From Marinilabiliaceae bacterium (GTDB lineage: Bacteria > Bacteroidota > Bacteroidia > Bacteroidales > VadinHA17): a stretch of DNA of 64,000 nucleotides. Of this stretch, positions 19,178 to 27,785 are shown one piece after another. Position numbers and translations under genes: made by a program. The notes beneath the pieces were generated by a model. The model saw only the letters and a program-made list of their open reading frames with translations. It searched no databases and had not been told where the DNA came from. Positions within the stretch are counted from its first letter, which is position 1; every line of letters begins with the position of its first letter. Where the stretch lies: assembly GCA_036350795.1 (NCBI GenBank), contig JAZBNV010000138.1, positions 4,362 to 68,361 of the forward strand, in the 5' to 3' direction.

Positions 19178-20776
19178 ATGTTGGATATGAGAAAGTTATA
19201 TATAATAAGCCTCCTGGTATTTTTGTTTTCGGCAGCAGGAGCACAGAATTTGTTTACTGAACAGACAATTAAACTCGCCAGGACAATTGCTCTTGTAGAT
19301 GCTTTTTATGTCGACAGTACCGATACGGAAATGTTAACCGAAAAGGCGATTAAGGAAGTTTTGAAGAACCTTGACCCGCATTCACAGTATTTTTCTGCTG
19401 ACGAAGTAAAGGAAATGAACGAGGGACTGGAAGGGAATTTTGAAGGAATAGGGATACAGTTCAATATACTCTATGATTCGATAATAGTTATAGCCCCGAT
19501 ACCCGGAGGACCCTCAGAAAAGGCCGGGCTCAGGGCAGGCGACAGGATCGTTACCATAGAAAACGAATCGGTTGCCGGGACAGGTATATCAACCACCGGA
19601 GTTCGCAAACGTTTACTTGGAGAGAAGGGTACACCGGTAAAGGTAGGTATATACCGAAGGGGTGTTAAGGGAATACTCGACTTCACAATACTTAGGGATA
19701 AGATACCGGTAAACAGCCTTGATGCTGCATATATGATTGGCAATGATGTGGGCTATGTAAAACTTAATAAGTTCTCTGCCACATCCGAGAAAGAATTCAG
19801 CGATGCTATTGACAGGCTTCTTGATGAAAATATGGATAAGCTTGTAATTGACCTCAGAAACAATACAGGGGGTTACCTTGAGGCTGCAATCAGGATGTGC
19901 GATAATCTTTTCTCAGACAGGAAGCTGATAGTATACCTCGAGGGACTTAAAACACCACGCCAGGACTTCAGAACCAGGGGAGGAGGAAAACTGGACGATA
20001 CCAGGATTGTCGTGCTTGTTGATGAAGGATCGGCATCAGCCAGCGAAATTCTTTCCGGTGCAATGCAGGACTGGGACAGAGGTGTGGTAGTGGGCCGCCG
20101 TACATTTGGAAAAGGATTGGTGCAAAATGGATTCTCGATGCAGGATGGCTCGATGATACGACTTACAATTGCAAGATATTTTACTCCCACGGGACGCTTG
20201 ATACAGCGTCCGTATTCTGACGGACTTGAGAAATACGTGATGGATTATTATGAACGCTATTCAAATGGCGAACTGATGTCGGCCGACAGTATATCCTTTC
20301 CCGACTCGCTCAGGTATAAAACACTGGTAAACGGACGCACGGTATACGGAGGAGGAGGTATAATGCCTGATCTGTTCGTTCCGATAGATACTTCATGGTA
20401 TTCTGATTATTACAGGCAGCTGATAAGTAAAAATGTAATTACGGAGTTTATTCTTGATTACGTTGACCAGAACAGGAAAGCACTGAACAGGAAATATAAT
20501 ACCTTCGGGAAATTCTATGATAATTTTAAGTTCTCGGAGGACGAAATCCGGGATTTTATAGGGCATGCTGAGAAACTCGGAGTTATGTATAAGGAAGATC
20601 AGTACAGGAAGAGTGAAGCACAGCTTCTTAGAATCTTAAAAGGATTGATAGCCAGGGATATATGGGATATGTCGGAGTATTACGAGGTTGTTAATACCGA
20701 TGACATGGCGCTTAATATGGCAGTAGAGCTGCTAAGAGATGAGCGCAGGTATTATAAAATTCTTGGTTCAAAATAA
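19178..20776 (+). CDS. S41 family carboxy-terminal processing peptidase
   Basis: It has a signal peptide and a PDZ region (GIQF...GGPSEKAGLRAGDRI). The catalytic-site contexts are GSASASEI and RRTFGKG. Confidence 0.9.
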   Translation: MLDMRKLYIISLLVFLFSAAGAQNLFTEQTIKLARTIALVDAFYVDSTDTEMLTEKAIKEVLKNLDPHSQYFSADEVKEMNEGLEGNFEGIGIQFNILYDSIIVIAPIPGGPSEKAGLRAGDRIVTIENESVAGTGISTTGVRKRLLGEKGTPVKVGIYRRGVKGILDFTILRDKIPVNSLDAAYMIGNDVGYVKLNKFSATSEKEFSDAIDRLLDENMDKLVIDLRNNTGGYLEAAIRMCDNLFSDRKLIVYLEGLKTPRQDFRTRGGGKLDDTRIVVLVDEGSASASEILSGAMQDWDRGVVVGRRTFGKGLVQNGFSMQDGSMIRLTIARYFTPTGRLIQRPYSDGLEKYVMDYYERYSNGELMSADSISFPDSLRYKTLVNGRTVYGGGGIMPDLFVPIDTSWYSDYYRQLISKNVITEFILDYVDQNRKALNRKYNTFGKFYDNFKFSEDEIRDFIGHAEKLGVMYKEDQYRKSEAQLLRILKGLIARDIWDMSEYYEVVNTDDMALNMAVELLRDERRYYKILGSK

Positions 20777-20787
20777 ATATATACTAT

Positions 20788-21933
20788 ATGCAGCTTGTGG
20801 CAAAAACCCTGTACGGACTTGAAGGAGTCCTGGCGGATGAACTTCGGGACCTGGGTGCCCGGGGGGTGAAGATAATGACCCGGGCTGTTGAGTTTGAGGG
20901 TGACCTTGAGCTAATGTACCGTTGTAATTACTCGCTCAGGACGGCACTCTCAGTTCTCAGGCCAATTGCCGATTTCAGGATTAAAAGAACAAAGGACCTG
21001 TATAATGTAGCGAAGAGGCTGCACTGGGATGACTTCTTCAGTATTGACCAGACCTTTTCAGTTGTGCCTGTTGTGCATTCCAGCCTTTTTAATCATACGG
21101 GCTATGCAGCACTTGTTCTCAAGGATGCAATAGTGGACAAGTTCAGGATGATCCACAACAGTAGGCCATCGGTCGACTCTGATAAGCCTGACATACTTAT
21201 CAACCTGCGTGTGAGCGAAGATTTCGTTACAATCTCACTCGATTCTTCTGCAGTACCTCTGTATAAAAGGGGATACAGGAAAGAAGCGGCTGAAGCACCT
21301 ATCAACGAGGTACTGGCAGCAGGCATCATTAAACTCTCTGGCTGGGACGGATCCAGGAGAATACTTGACCCGATGTGCGGCTCCGGAACATTCAGTATTG
21401 AAGCTGCAATGATGTCGTACCGCATAGAACCCGGAGAATTCCGTAGCTTTTATGGTTTTATGAACTGGGGTGATTTTGACGAAAAGCTTTTTGAAAAAAT
21501 AAAAAACACCAAAAAAAAGCAGCTAATAACGGCACCTGAGATAAATTGCTATGACAGGTCGAGAGAAGCCATACGCATTGCAGCAAATAATATCAGGGCT
21601 GCAGGTCTTTCGGCAAAAATAAATACAGGTATTGCAGATTTTTTTGCCAGCGACTCAAAAGGTTTAAAATATACTATCTTTATTAATCCTCCATATGGAG
21701 AAAGGCTTACAGAAAAAGACCTGAACGAGTTTTATTCAAAAATAGGAGAGAGGCTTAAGCACGGTTATAGTGGATCAGAGGCCTGGATAATCAGTTCAAG
21801 TGCCGAAGGAATGAAATCAATAGGACTGAAACCGGCAGCCAAATATCAACTTTTTAACGGTGCTCTTGAAAGCGTGCTCCATAAGTATGTTCTTTTTGAA
21901 GGAAGACACAAGGATTTTAAAGCTGTGTCTTAA
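20788..21933 (+). CDS. THUMP-domain class I SAM-dependent RNA methyltransferase (RlmL N-terminal-like, UPF0020)
   Basis: A THUMP-like N-terminal domain is followed by DPMCGSGTF (SAM-binding) and the NPPYGERL catalytic motif. Confidence 0.85.
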   Translation: MQLVAKTLYGLEGVLADELRDLGARGVKIMTRAVEFEGDLELMYRCNYSLRTALSVLRPIADFRIKRTKDLYNVAKRLHWDDFFSIDQTFSVVPVVHSSLFNHTGYAALVLKDAIVDKFRMIHNSRPSVDSDKPDILINLRVSEDFVTISLDSSAVPLYKRGYRKEAAEAPINEVLAAGIIKLSGWDGSRRILDPMCGSGTFSIEAAMMSYRIEPGEFRSFYGFMNWGDFDEKLFEKIKNTKKKQLITAPEINCYDRSREAIRIAANNIRAAGLSAKINTGIADFFASDSKGLKYTIFINPPYGERLTEKDLNEFYSKIGERLKHGYSGSEAWIISSSAEGMKSIGLKPAAKYQLFNGALESVLHKYVLFEGRHKDFKAVS

Positions 21934-21957
21934 ATTTTTTGAACTTCATATTTTTTT

Positions 21958-21965
21958 TATATTTG
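21958..21965 (+). promoter_or_regulatory. Candidate -7 promoter element (TAnnTTTG) upstream of the SiaB-like gene
   Basis: TATATTTG lies 37 nt upstream of the ATG at 22002. Confidence 0.4.
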
Positions 21966-22001
21966 TTACAGTAAACACAAGCCCAAGCCAAACAGACGCA
22001 C

Positions 22002-22571
22002 ATGAGTTTTAGCGTTGAGAACTTTTTTAATGAATTGCTGAACGAGAGTGTTATCTTCTCCTACAAGGGTGATATCAGTTCTGATGTCATTAATACCGTG
22101 CTTGATGCGGTTGAGAATAACACTGAGGCAGCACATGATCCTTCAAGGATCCGGAAAAAGTTATATAATGTACTGGTTGAGAGTCTGCAGAATCTTTATC
22201 ACCATGTAGATGTGGTACCTGAAGACTTCGAGGACCAGAAATCGGACAGGTTTGGACTGATAGTAATTACCCGTGATCCGGATGGTTACAGTATAACAGC
22301 AGGAAATTTTATTAAGAACAGCAAGATTAAAGAACTCGAAGAGAGAATTCTCAGGATAAACTCTTCATCCGTGGACGAGATAAAAGACCTTTATAAACAT
22401 ATACTGCATCACCAGGAGATCTCTGAAAAAGGAGGGGGCGGACTGGGCCTTGTGGATATTGCACGTAAAACAGGTAATAAGCTTCACTACAAATTCTCAG
22501 AATACAATAATAAATATTCATTTTTTCAGCTTTCAATAAAAATTGATGCTGTTAGAACAGAAGATAAATAA
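22002..22571 (+). CDS. GHKL-type small Ser/Thr protein kinase, SiaB-like (anti-sigma-kinase fold)
   Basis: 189 aa. It has an N-box-like segment NVLVESLQNL and a G-box GGGGLGLVDIARK. It lies immediately upstream of a DUF1987 gene, the pairing known for SiaB and SiaC. Confidence 0.7.
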   Translation: MSFSVENFFNELLNESVIFSYKGDISSDVINTVLDAVENNTEAAHDPSRIRKKLYNVLVESLQNLYHHVDVVPEDFEDQKSDRFGLIVITRDPDGYSITAGNFIKNSKIKELEERILRINSSSVDEIKDLYKHILHHQEISEKGGGGLGLVDIARKTGNKLHYKFSEYNNKYSFFQLSIKIDAVRTEDK

Positions 22572-22586
22572 CCAAAAATTACAGAT

Positions 22587-22967
22587 ATGGAACCGATCAT
22601 TATTGAGGGAACACCTAAGACTCCAACAGTTAAATTTGATTCTAACGAAGGAATTTTTAAACTTGAAGGCCGATCTATCCCGGAAAATTCAGTAGAGTTT
22701 TACAAACCGCTTGTCGACTGGCTGGAGAGCTACAAGGATTCTCCCCTTGAGAAAACAGTTGTGGAAGTGAAACTGGAGTATTTTAATACCAGTTCCTCAA
22801 AATGTATTCTTGATGTTTTTAAGAAACTCGAGGTAATACATAAGGCAAAGAATGAAGTACAGATTAAATGGTATTACGAAGAAGACGATGAAGATATGCT
22901 TGAGGCCGGTGAAGATTATGAATCCATAATCCGGGTACCATTCGAGATGATTGAGATTGTTGAATAA
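22587..22967 (+). CDS. DUF1987 / SiaC-like regulatory phosphoprotein
   Basis: 126 aa. PKTPTVKFDSNEGIFKLEGRSIPENSVEFYKPLVDWL...LEYFNTSSSKCIL matches the DUF1987 pattern as I recall it, with Thr68 in FNTSSS. Confidence 0.75.
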   Translation: MEPIIIEGTPKTPTVKFDSNEGIFKLEGRSIPENSVEFYKPLVDWLESYKDSPLEKTVVEVKLEYFNTSSSKCILDVFKKLEVIHKAKNEVQIKWYYEEDDEDMLEAGEDYESIIRVPFEMIEIVE

Positions 22968-23004
22968 GCAACAAATACTATATCTTCAGGATCGGTTGAT
23001 ATAT

Positions 23005-23044
23005 AAAAAAAGGGGTGTATTGTGTGCGCCCCTTTTTGTTTTTT
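23005..23044. terminator. Bidirectional rho-independent terminator between convergent genes
   Basis: aaaaaaaggggtg-(9-nt loop)-cgccccttttt forms a stem with one G:U pair. It is flanked by an A-run and a T-run, so it is usable on both strands. Confidence 0.75.
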
Positions 23045-23045
23045 C

Positions 23046-26000
23046 TTAATCCACCTGTATTTCCTTCGACCTGTCAAGAACTTCTTCCATAAAATCCAGG
23101 AAACGCTTCAGAAGCCTGAAATAGAGAACCAGGTATGTAAACAGGGTCATAAGCCAGATTACCATAATATTAACCCAGTAAGTTTCTATAAAATTACCGA
23201 AGATCTGTTTTCTTGGAGCATAGAAGTGGGCTTTTAAGAAGCTGTTCTCGGGATCTTTGAAGATCGGATCCATTTTCTGGATTATTCTGCCCTTGTACTC
23301 GATGCTTCGCTTGGTCTCATTTTCATTGGTTACAAATTCCTCGAGGCTTATATTGAAGTGATTTTCCTTTATCCTGTTAAATGCTTCAGGATCAGGGCCC
23401 TGCAGCTTATTTAGCAATGCATCCTTTTTATCATTGGCCTCATTATACCACCTTATGTAGTTTTGCTTAAGAATCTCGATAAAATTCTCTGCTTCATCGA
23501 GAGCTTCAATGCTTACAATCCCGGGTTCAAGTATATCAAGGTATTTATAGCTAATATTTTTACTTTCCATTTCCAGCTTAATCTCATTCTTGACTATCTC
23601 CAGGTCTCTCCGGGAATCATCGTCAAAGCGGTTCCTGTTAAGGTCGCTTTGCAGGTTGCCAATTTTAGCTTTCATGGTGTTATACCAGTCGTTTCTCTTA
23701 TACTGGGCAATGCTCATTGCCTTATCAAATTCATAGAAGTTCTTTTCGTAATCATTGTCCATAAACTGTTTTACTGCGAGAGCTTCATAACCCCACCTGG
23801 CAATTATTCCTTCACCGTAAAAAGGTATCGCATCGGGAGATGAGAGGTTTGGATTAAGTTTTTCGAATTTGACAATTATACCACTTAAGATAATCTGTGG
23901 AATTACAAGGAAAGGGATAAGTATATATATTGTGACAACTGCCTTGAAACTGTCTGAAATAACCAGGCCCAGCAGATTGGATGCTGCCCAGCAGGAGAAG
24001 AGTACAAGCCAGTATTCAAGCATCATGCCTTTGATCTGCATTATTGAATTTCCCAGGATTACAAAAGTAAAGGCCTGGATAGCCGAGATAGAAAGCTGTA
24101 CCACCACCTTCGACATAAGGTAACTGTTCCAGCTCAGGTTAAGAAAAGCCTCTCTCTTTAAAATCTTGCGGTCTTTTATAATCTCTTCGGCACTCACTGT
24201 GAGTCCCATAAAAATGGCAACTATAACCGACATAAACAGGTATACCGGCAGGTTAGAGTTATCCTGCAGGGTATATGAGGCATTTTTAACACTTTCGTCG
24301 AAGTATTTGATCAGGAAGGCCAGGAAAAAAGCCAGTATCGGAGCCTCAAGCAGGGTAATCAGAAGGTACTGCATATCTGCCAGTTTAGAAAGCACATCCC
24401 TCCTGGTGAATACCAGGAACTGCTTCAACCTGTTAGGGGTTTTAAAGGTGATTTCGGGGATTCCCATTCCCGGTTCAAGCCTTTTTTCCTTACCAGACAG
24501 GTGCACTCCGTAATGCTCGTTCCATTCTTTTGGAGATACTTTCCTGGTATTGGTGGCTTTTCCATATTCATCAAGTACCTTACCTTCTACGATATTAAAT
24601 ACCTGTTCAGGATTTACATTACCGCAGGCATGGCATTCACTTTCGCTCCAGTTGGCCTGGTGAGTCCTGGATTTAAAGTATATGATGGATTCGATCGGGT
24701 CGCCATTATATATAAGGTAGCCCCCGGTGTCAAGTATTACAAGCCTGTCAAACATCTTGAATATATCTGATGAAGGCTGGTGAATAACTACAAAGAGCAG
24801 CTTCCCTTTAAGTGCAAGTTCCTTAAGTAAATCCAGAATATTCTCCGAATCCCTCGACGAAAGGCCTGAAGTAGGTTCATCAAGAAAAAGAATTGAAGGT
24901 TCCCTTATCAATTCAAGTGAAATATTAAGTCTTTTCCTCTGTCCCCCGCTTATTTTCTTATTTAAGGGACTTCCAACCTTCATATCACGAATCTCGTAAA
25001 GTCCGAGGGCGCCCAGGGTTGCATTTACTTTCTCTTCAATCTCCTCTTCAGTAAGATTATCGAAGCACAGCTTGGCATTAAAGTAAAGGTTTTGATAAAC
25101 TGTAAGTTCTTCTATCAGGAGATCGTCCTGTGAAACGTGTCCTATTAAACCTTCAGCTTCGTCAGAATCGTGATGAATATCAATGCCGTTAACCAGCACT
25201 TTTCCCTTATAAGGCTTATTGGTGCCGTTAAGAACATTAAGCAGGGTTGATTTACCGGCACCTGAAGCTCCCATAATACCAACCAGCCTGCCCGACTCTT
25301 CTTCAAAGGACATATTATGAAGGCCTTTATGTCCGCTTTTAAACCTGTATTCAAGATTATTGACCTGGTAAACAACCCTTGAAGCCTGAAGTTCTTCCTT
25401 TCTGAACTGAGTAATTATATCACTATAATAGATAGGCGTTGACTTGGGGTCCCTGAGTGATGATCCGGGGTTAAAAGTATATACCTTGTCATCGTGCAGT
25501 ATCTGGCCATTCATAAATATTTCACTCACAGAAGTGAACCTTACAAAGTGCATTCCTGCAGAACTTACTTCAAGAAACCATATTTGCCCGCTAACACTTT
25601 CATTAAGAAGGTGATGAATGGATGCTGGTTTTACTGTTTCGTCGTTATCAATAACCAGGATATTGCCAGAGTCCGGAATATCTGAGAAGGGGTTAAGTAC
25701 AAATTGCCTGATCAGTTCATATTCATCTTTTTCAACATTGAAAGTATCGGCCACTGCCAGGATAAACTCGAGTTCATCATCACTCACCTCCTGGCCGTCT
25801 GATTTGCAAAATTCAAGAAGCTGAACAAGAACAATTATTTTCTGATCCTGGGTAAGCTGATCGTTTATCTGAGTGGTAATTCTTAATACCCTGACCGAAA
25901 CAGCCGAGTGGCGCTTTTTCTGAGCACTCTTTTTTTGCCGCTCCTGTGCCTCGGTATAAAAATCGTCAAAAACAGTCAGGTATTCTTTTACCAGTTCTTC

Positions 26001-26117
26001 GTTCAACTGCCTTCTCAGGAATGCCTCCACAACTACTCTCCTGTCGCTGTCACTGCTCTGCGGCCTGGCAATGATGGCAAACAATTGCATAAGGGCTTTA
26101 AGAATCTTTTCACTCAT
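23046..26117 (-). CDS. ABCG/ABC-2-type ATPase-permease fusion with an N-terminal TerB-like helical domain, an uncharacterised beta-rich domain and a C-terminal coiled-coil plus TM extension
   Basis: Walker A is GIMGASGAGKST, the signature is ISGGQRKR and Walker B is ILFLDEPT. About six TM helices follow the ATPase. The N-terminal ~150 aa (ILKALMQLFAIIA...ELEFILAVADTFNV) is TerB-like. A terminal hydrophobic helix is NIMVIWLMTLFTYLVLYF. Confidence 0.85.
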   Translation of the reverse strand: MSEKILKALMQLFAIIARPQSSDSDRRVVVEAFLRRQLNEELVKEYLTVFDDFYTEAQERQKKSAQKKRHSAVSVRVLRITTQINDQLTQDQKIIVLVQLLEFCKSDGQEVSDDELEFILAVADTFNVEKDEYELIRQFVLNPFSDIPDSGNILVIDNDETVKPASIHHLLNESVSGQIWFLEVSSAGMHFVRFTSVSEIFMNGQILHDDKVYTFNPGSSLRDPKSTPIYYSDIITQFRKEELQASRVVYQVNNLEYRFKSGHKGLHNMSFEEESGRLVGIMGASGAGKSTLLNVLNGTNKPYKGKVLVNGIDIHHDSDEAEGLIGHVSQDDLLIEELTVYQNLYFNAKLCFDNLTEEEIEEKVNATLGALGLYEIRDMKVGSPLNKKISGGQRKRLNISLELIREPSILFLDEPTSGLSSRDSENILDLLKELALKGKLLFVVIHQPSSDIFKMFDRLVILDTGGYLIYNGDPIESIIYFKSRTHQANWSESECHACGNVNPEQVFNIVEGKVLDEYGKATNTRKVSPKEWNEHYGVHLSGKEKRLEPGMGIPEITFKTPNRLKQFLVFTRRDVLSKLADMQYLLITLLEAPILAFFLAFLIKYFDESVKNASYTLQDNSNLPVYLFMSVIVAIFMGLTVSAEEIIKDRKILKREAFLNLSWNSYLMSKVVVQLSISAIQAFTFVILGNSIMQIKGMMLEYWLVLFSCWAASNLLGLVISDSFKAVVTIYILIPFLVIPQIILSGIIVKFEKLNPNLSSPDAIPFYGEGIIARWGYEALAVKQFMDNDYEKNFYEFDKAMSIAQYKRNDWYNTMKAKIGNLQSDLNRNRFDDDSRRDLEIVKNEIKLEMESKNISYKYLDILEPGIVSIEALDEAENFIEILKQNYIRWYNEANDKKDALLNKLQGPDPEAFNRIKENHFNISLEEFVTNENETKRSIEYKGRIIQKMDPIFKDPENSFLKAHFYAPRKQIFGNFIETYWVNIMVIWLMTLFTYLVLYFRLLKRFLDFMEEVLDRSKEIQVD

Positions 26118-26187
26118 TAGCTACCCGTATTATAGGTTGATATTTGGTTAATCAAAATAGTAATTTATCATTTAGTTTCCTAATGCA

Positions 26188-26778
26188 TCAGGTTTTGCCT
26201 GCTTTCTTCTTTTTCTTTTTTACCGAGAATCCAAACTTGCCGATTAAGCGGCCTGTTTCATAATATTTTCCGTGAGAATAGCACAAAACATTCGCCCTGT
26301 TCAGATCGAATTCACCTGTATCATCGTCCATATACGTCGGATCAGCATGTATTGTTACTATTTCGGCAAGAAACATGTGATGAACACCAAGTTCGATAAT
26401 CTCCTTTACCCTGCACTCGATATTAATAGGAGATTCCTTAATAAGCGGAGCCTTCACGATGTCTGCCTCCAGGGGAGTTAGTTTCATTTCCCTGAATTTA
26501 TTATATTTTTTCCCCGATCTTACCCCGCACCAGTCTGTTTGCCTGGCAAGTTCTGCAGTGGTAAGGTTTATTACAAACTCGCCCGATTTTTTAATCAGAC
26601 CATATGAATGCCTTGAAGGCCTTACTGAAATATAGCACATTGGGGGTTCGGTACATACAGTACCTGTCCATGCAATGGTTATAATATTATATTCCTCAGG
26701 TGAGGACCCGCAGCTAACCATAACAGCCGGCAAGGGATAGATCATTGTGCCGGGCTTCCATCTTATTTTATTATTCAT
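26188..26778 (-). CDS. Flavin reductase family protein (FMN-binding split barrel)
   Basis: YPLPAVMVSCG...NIITIAWTGTVCTEPPMCYISVRPSRHSYGLIKKSGEFVINL. The tail is Lys-rich (KKKKKKAGKT). Confidence 0.8.
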   Translation of the reverse strand: MNNKIRWKPGTMIYPLPAVMVSCGSSPEEYNIITIAWTGTVCTEPPMCYISVRPSRHSYGLIKKSGEFVINLTTAELARQTDWCGVRSGKKYNKFREMKLTPLEADIVKAPLIKESPINIECRVKEIIELGVHHMFLAEIVTIHADPTYMDDDTGEFDLNRANVLCYSHGKYYETGRLIGKFGFSVKKKKKKAGKT

Positions 26779-26816
26779 TTAAAAAGGCTGAGTTTGGAGC
26801 TAAAGACCGGACTGCT

Positions 26817-27155
26817 CTAGAAACTTGATTTACATGTGTCCAGATCATCATAAAGTTCGAATATAGTGTGAAGCTGAAGAGTCAGAAAGAGTGTTTTTAC
26901 TTCAGGATGAAGGTTGCAGATTTTAAGTACCCCAAAATTATTACGGGCGCTTTTCATTGTAGTAAGAAAACATCCGAATCCCGAACTGTCTATGTATTTT
27001 ATTCCCTCGAGATCGATAATTACTTTTGAGTTTGCAGTGTCGAACAGTCTTACCAGTTGCTTCCGTGCATCGTCTGCCACCAGTGCATTGAATTTATCTA
27101 TTCCTTCAAATACCACATGCTCAATATTATTTTCAAGTTCACTTACTTTTATCAT
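26817..27155 (-). CDS. STAS-domain protein (anti-sigma-factor antagonist-like)
   Basis: 112 aa. It has a DSSGFG loop (S57/S58). Its ATG lies 1 nt after the stop of the Hpt gene. Confidence 0.8.
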   Translation of the reverse strand: MIKVSELENNIEHVVFEGIDKFNALVADDARKQLVRLFDTANSKVIIDLEGIKYIDSSGFGCFLTTMKSARNNFGVLKICNLHPEVKTLFLTLQLHTIFELYDDLDTCKSSF

Positions 27156-27156
27156 T

Positions 27157-27501
27157 TTAGAGGCTTTTAATATATTCGTCCAGATCCTTCAATGCTATTT
27201 TGCATGCTTCGTTAAAATCATCAATGTATTGAGGGTAAGATTCTGTATCTTCCCCTGCCTTTGCCTTTATCTCAAGCTCTTTAAGCTTTCTGGCCATATT
27301 TTCCATTCCCATTATTGCAACCGAGGATTTTGCCTTGTGCGCCAGCAAGCCCAGGTCATAATATTTTTTGTGTTCCAGCAGGTCGGTCATTTCGTTGCAA
27401 AACTCAGGAACCTGTTGCCTGAAGATATCAATCATTTCAATAATGATTTCCCTGGATCCACCGCATACTTCTTCAATGTATGCAACATTAATTATTTTCA
27501 T
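27157..27501 (-). CDS. Hpt (histidine phosphotransfer) domain protein
   Basis: 114 aa. The phosphotransfer motif is LAHKAKSSVAIMGM (His55), in a predicted four-helix-bundle-sized protein. Confidence 0.8.
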   Translation of the reverse strand: MKIINVAYIEEVCGGSREIIIEMIDIFRQQVPEFCNEMTDLLEHKKYYDLGLLAHKAKSSVAIMGMENMARKLKELEIKAKAGEDTESYPQYIDDFNEACKIALKDLDEYIKSL

Positions 27502-27785
27502 ATTTTATTCCCCCTTACTTAGCTTACAAACAAAAATATGAAAAATCTTTAACACTTACTTATCAGAACTGCTATTTGAAAATGCTGCCTCAGGATAATT
27601 TAATAAATTGTAGTACATTTAAGTACTGATTGCTTGGTAAGTTTAAAATGATATTTATATTTCAGCATCCTGGTATATTGTTGAGTTATGATTAATCTGC
27701 TGTGCTATGGTGTTGATCCACTGGTTGTTTAAGGGATGTGGAAATAGATTAATATCCCTGCCCCGTTAAAATAAAAAATAAAAGA

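Noticed and set aside
23022-23237. 71-aa + strand ORF starting inside the terminator.
   Set aside because: It overlaps the bidirectional terminator and is antisense to the conserved C-terminal TM helix of the ABC protein.
23046-26117. A Shango-type (TerB plus ATPase plus helicase) anti-phage system.
   Set aside because: The TerB-like region is fused to a complete ABC-2 transporter. There is no adjacent helicase or separate ATPase gene, and the SF1B helicase at 1754 is 20 kb away in an unrelated context.
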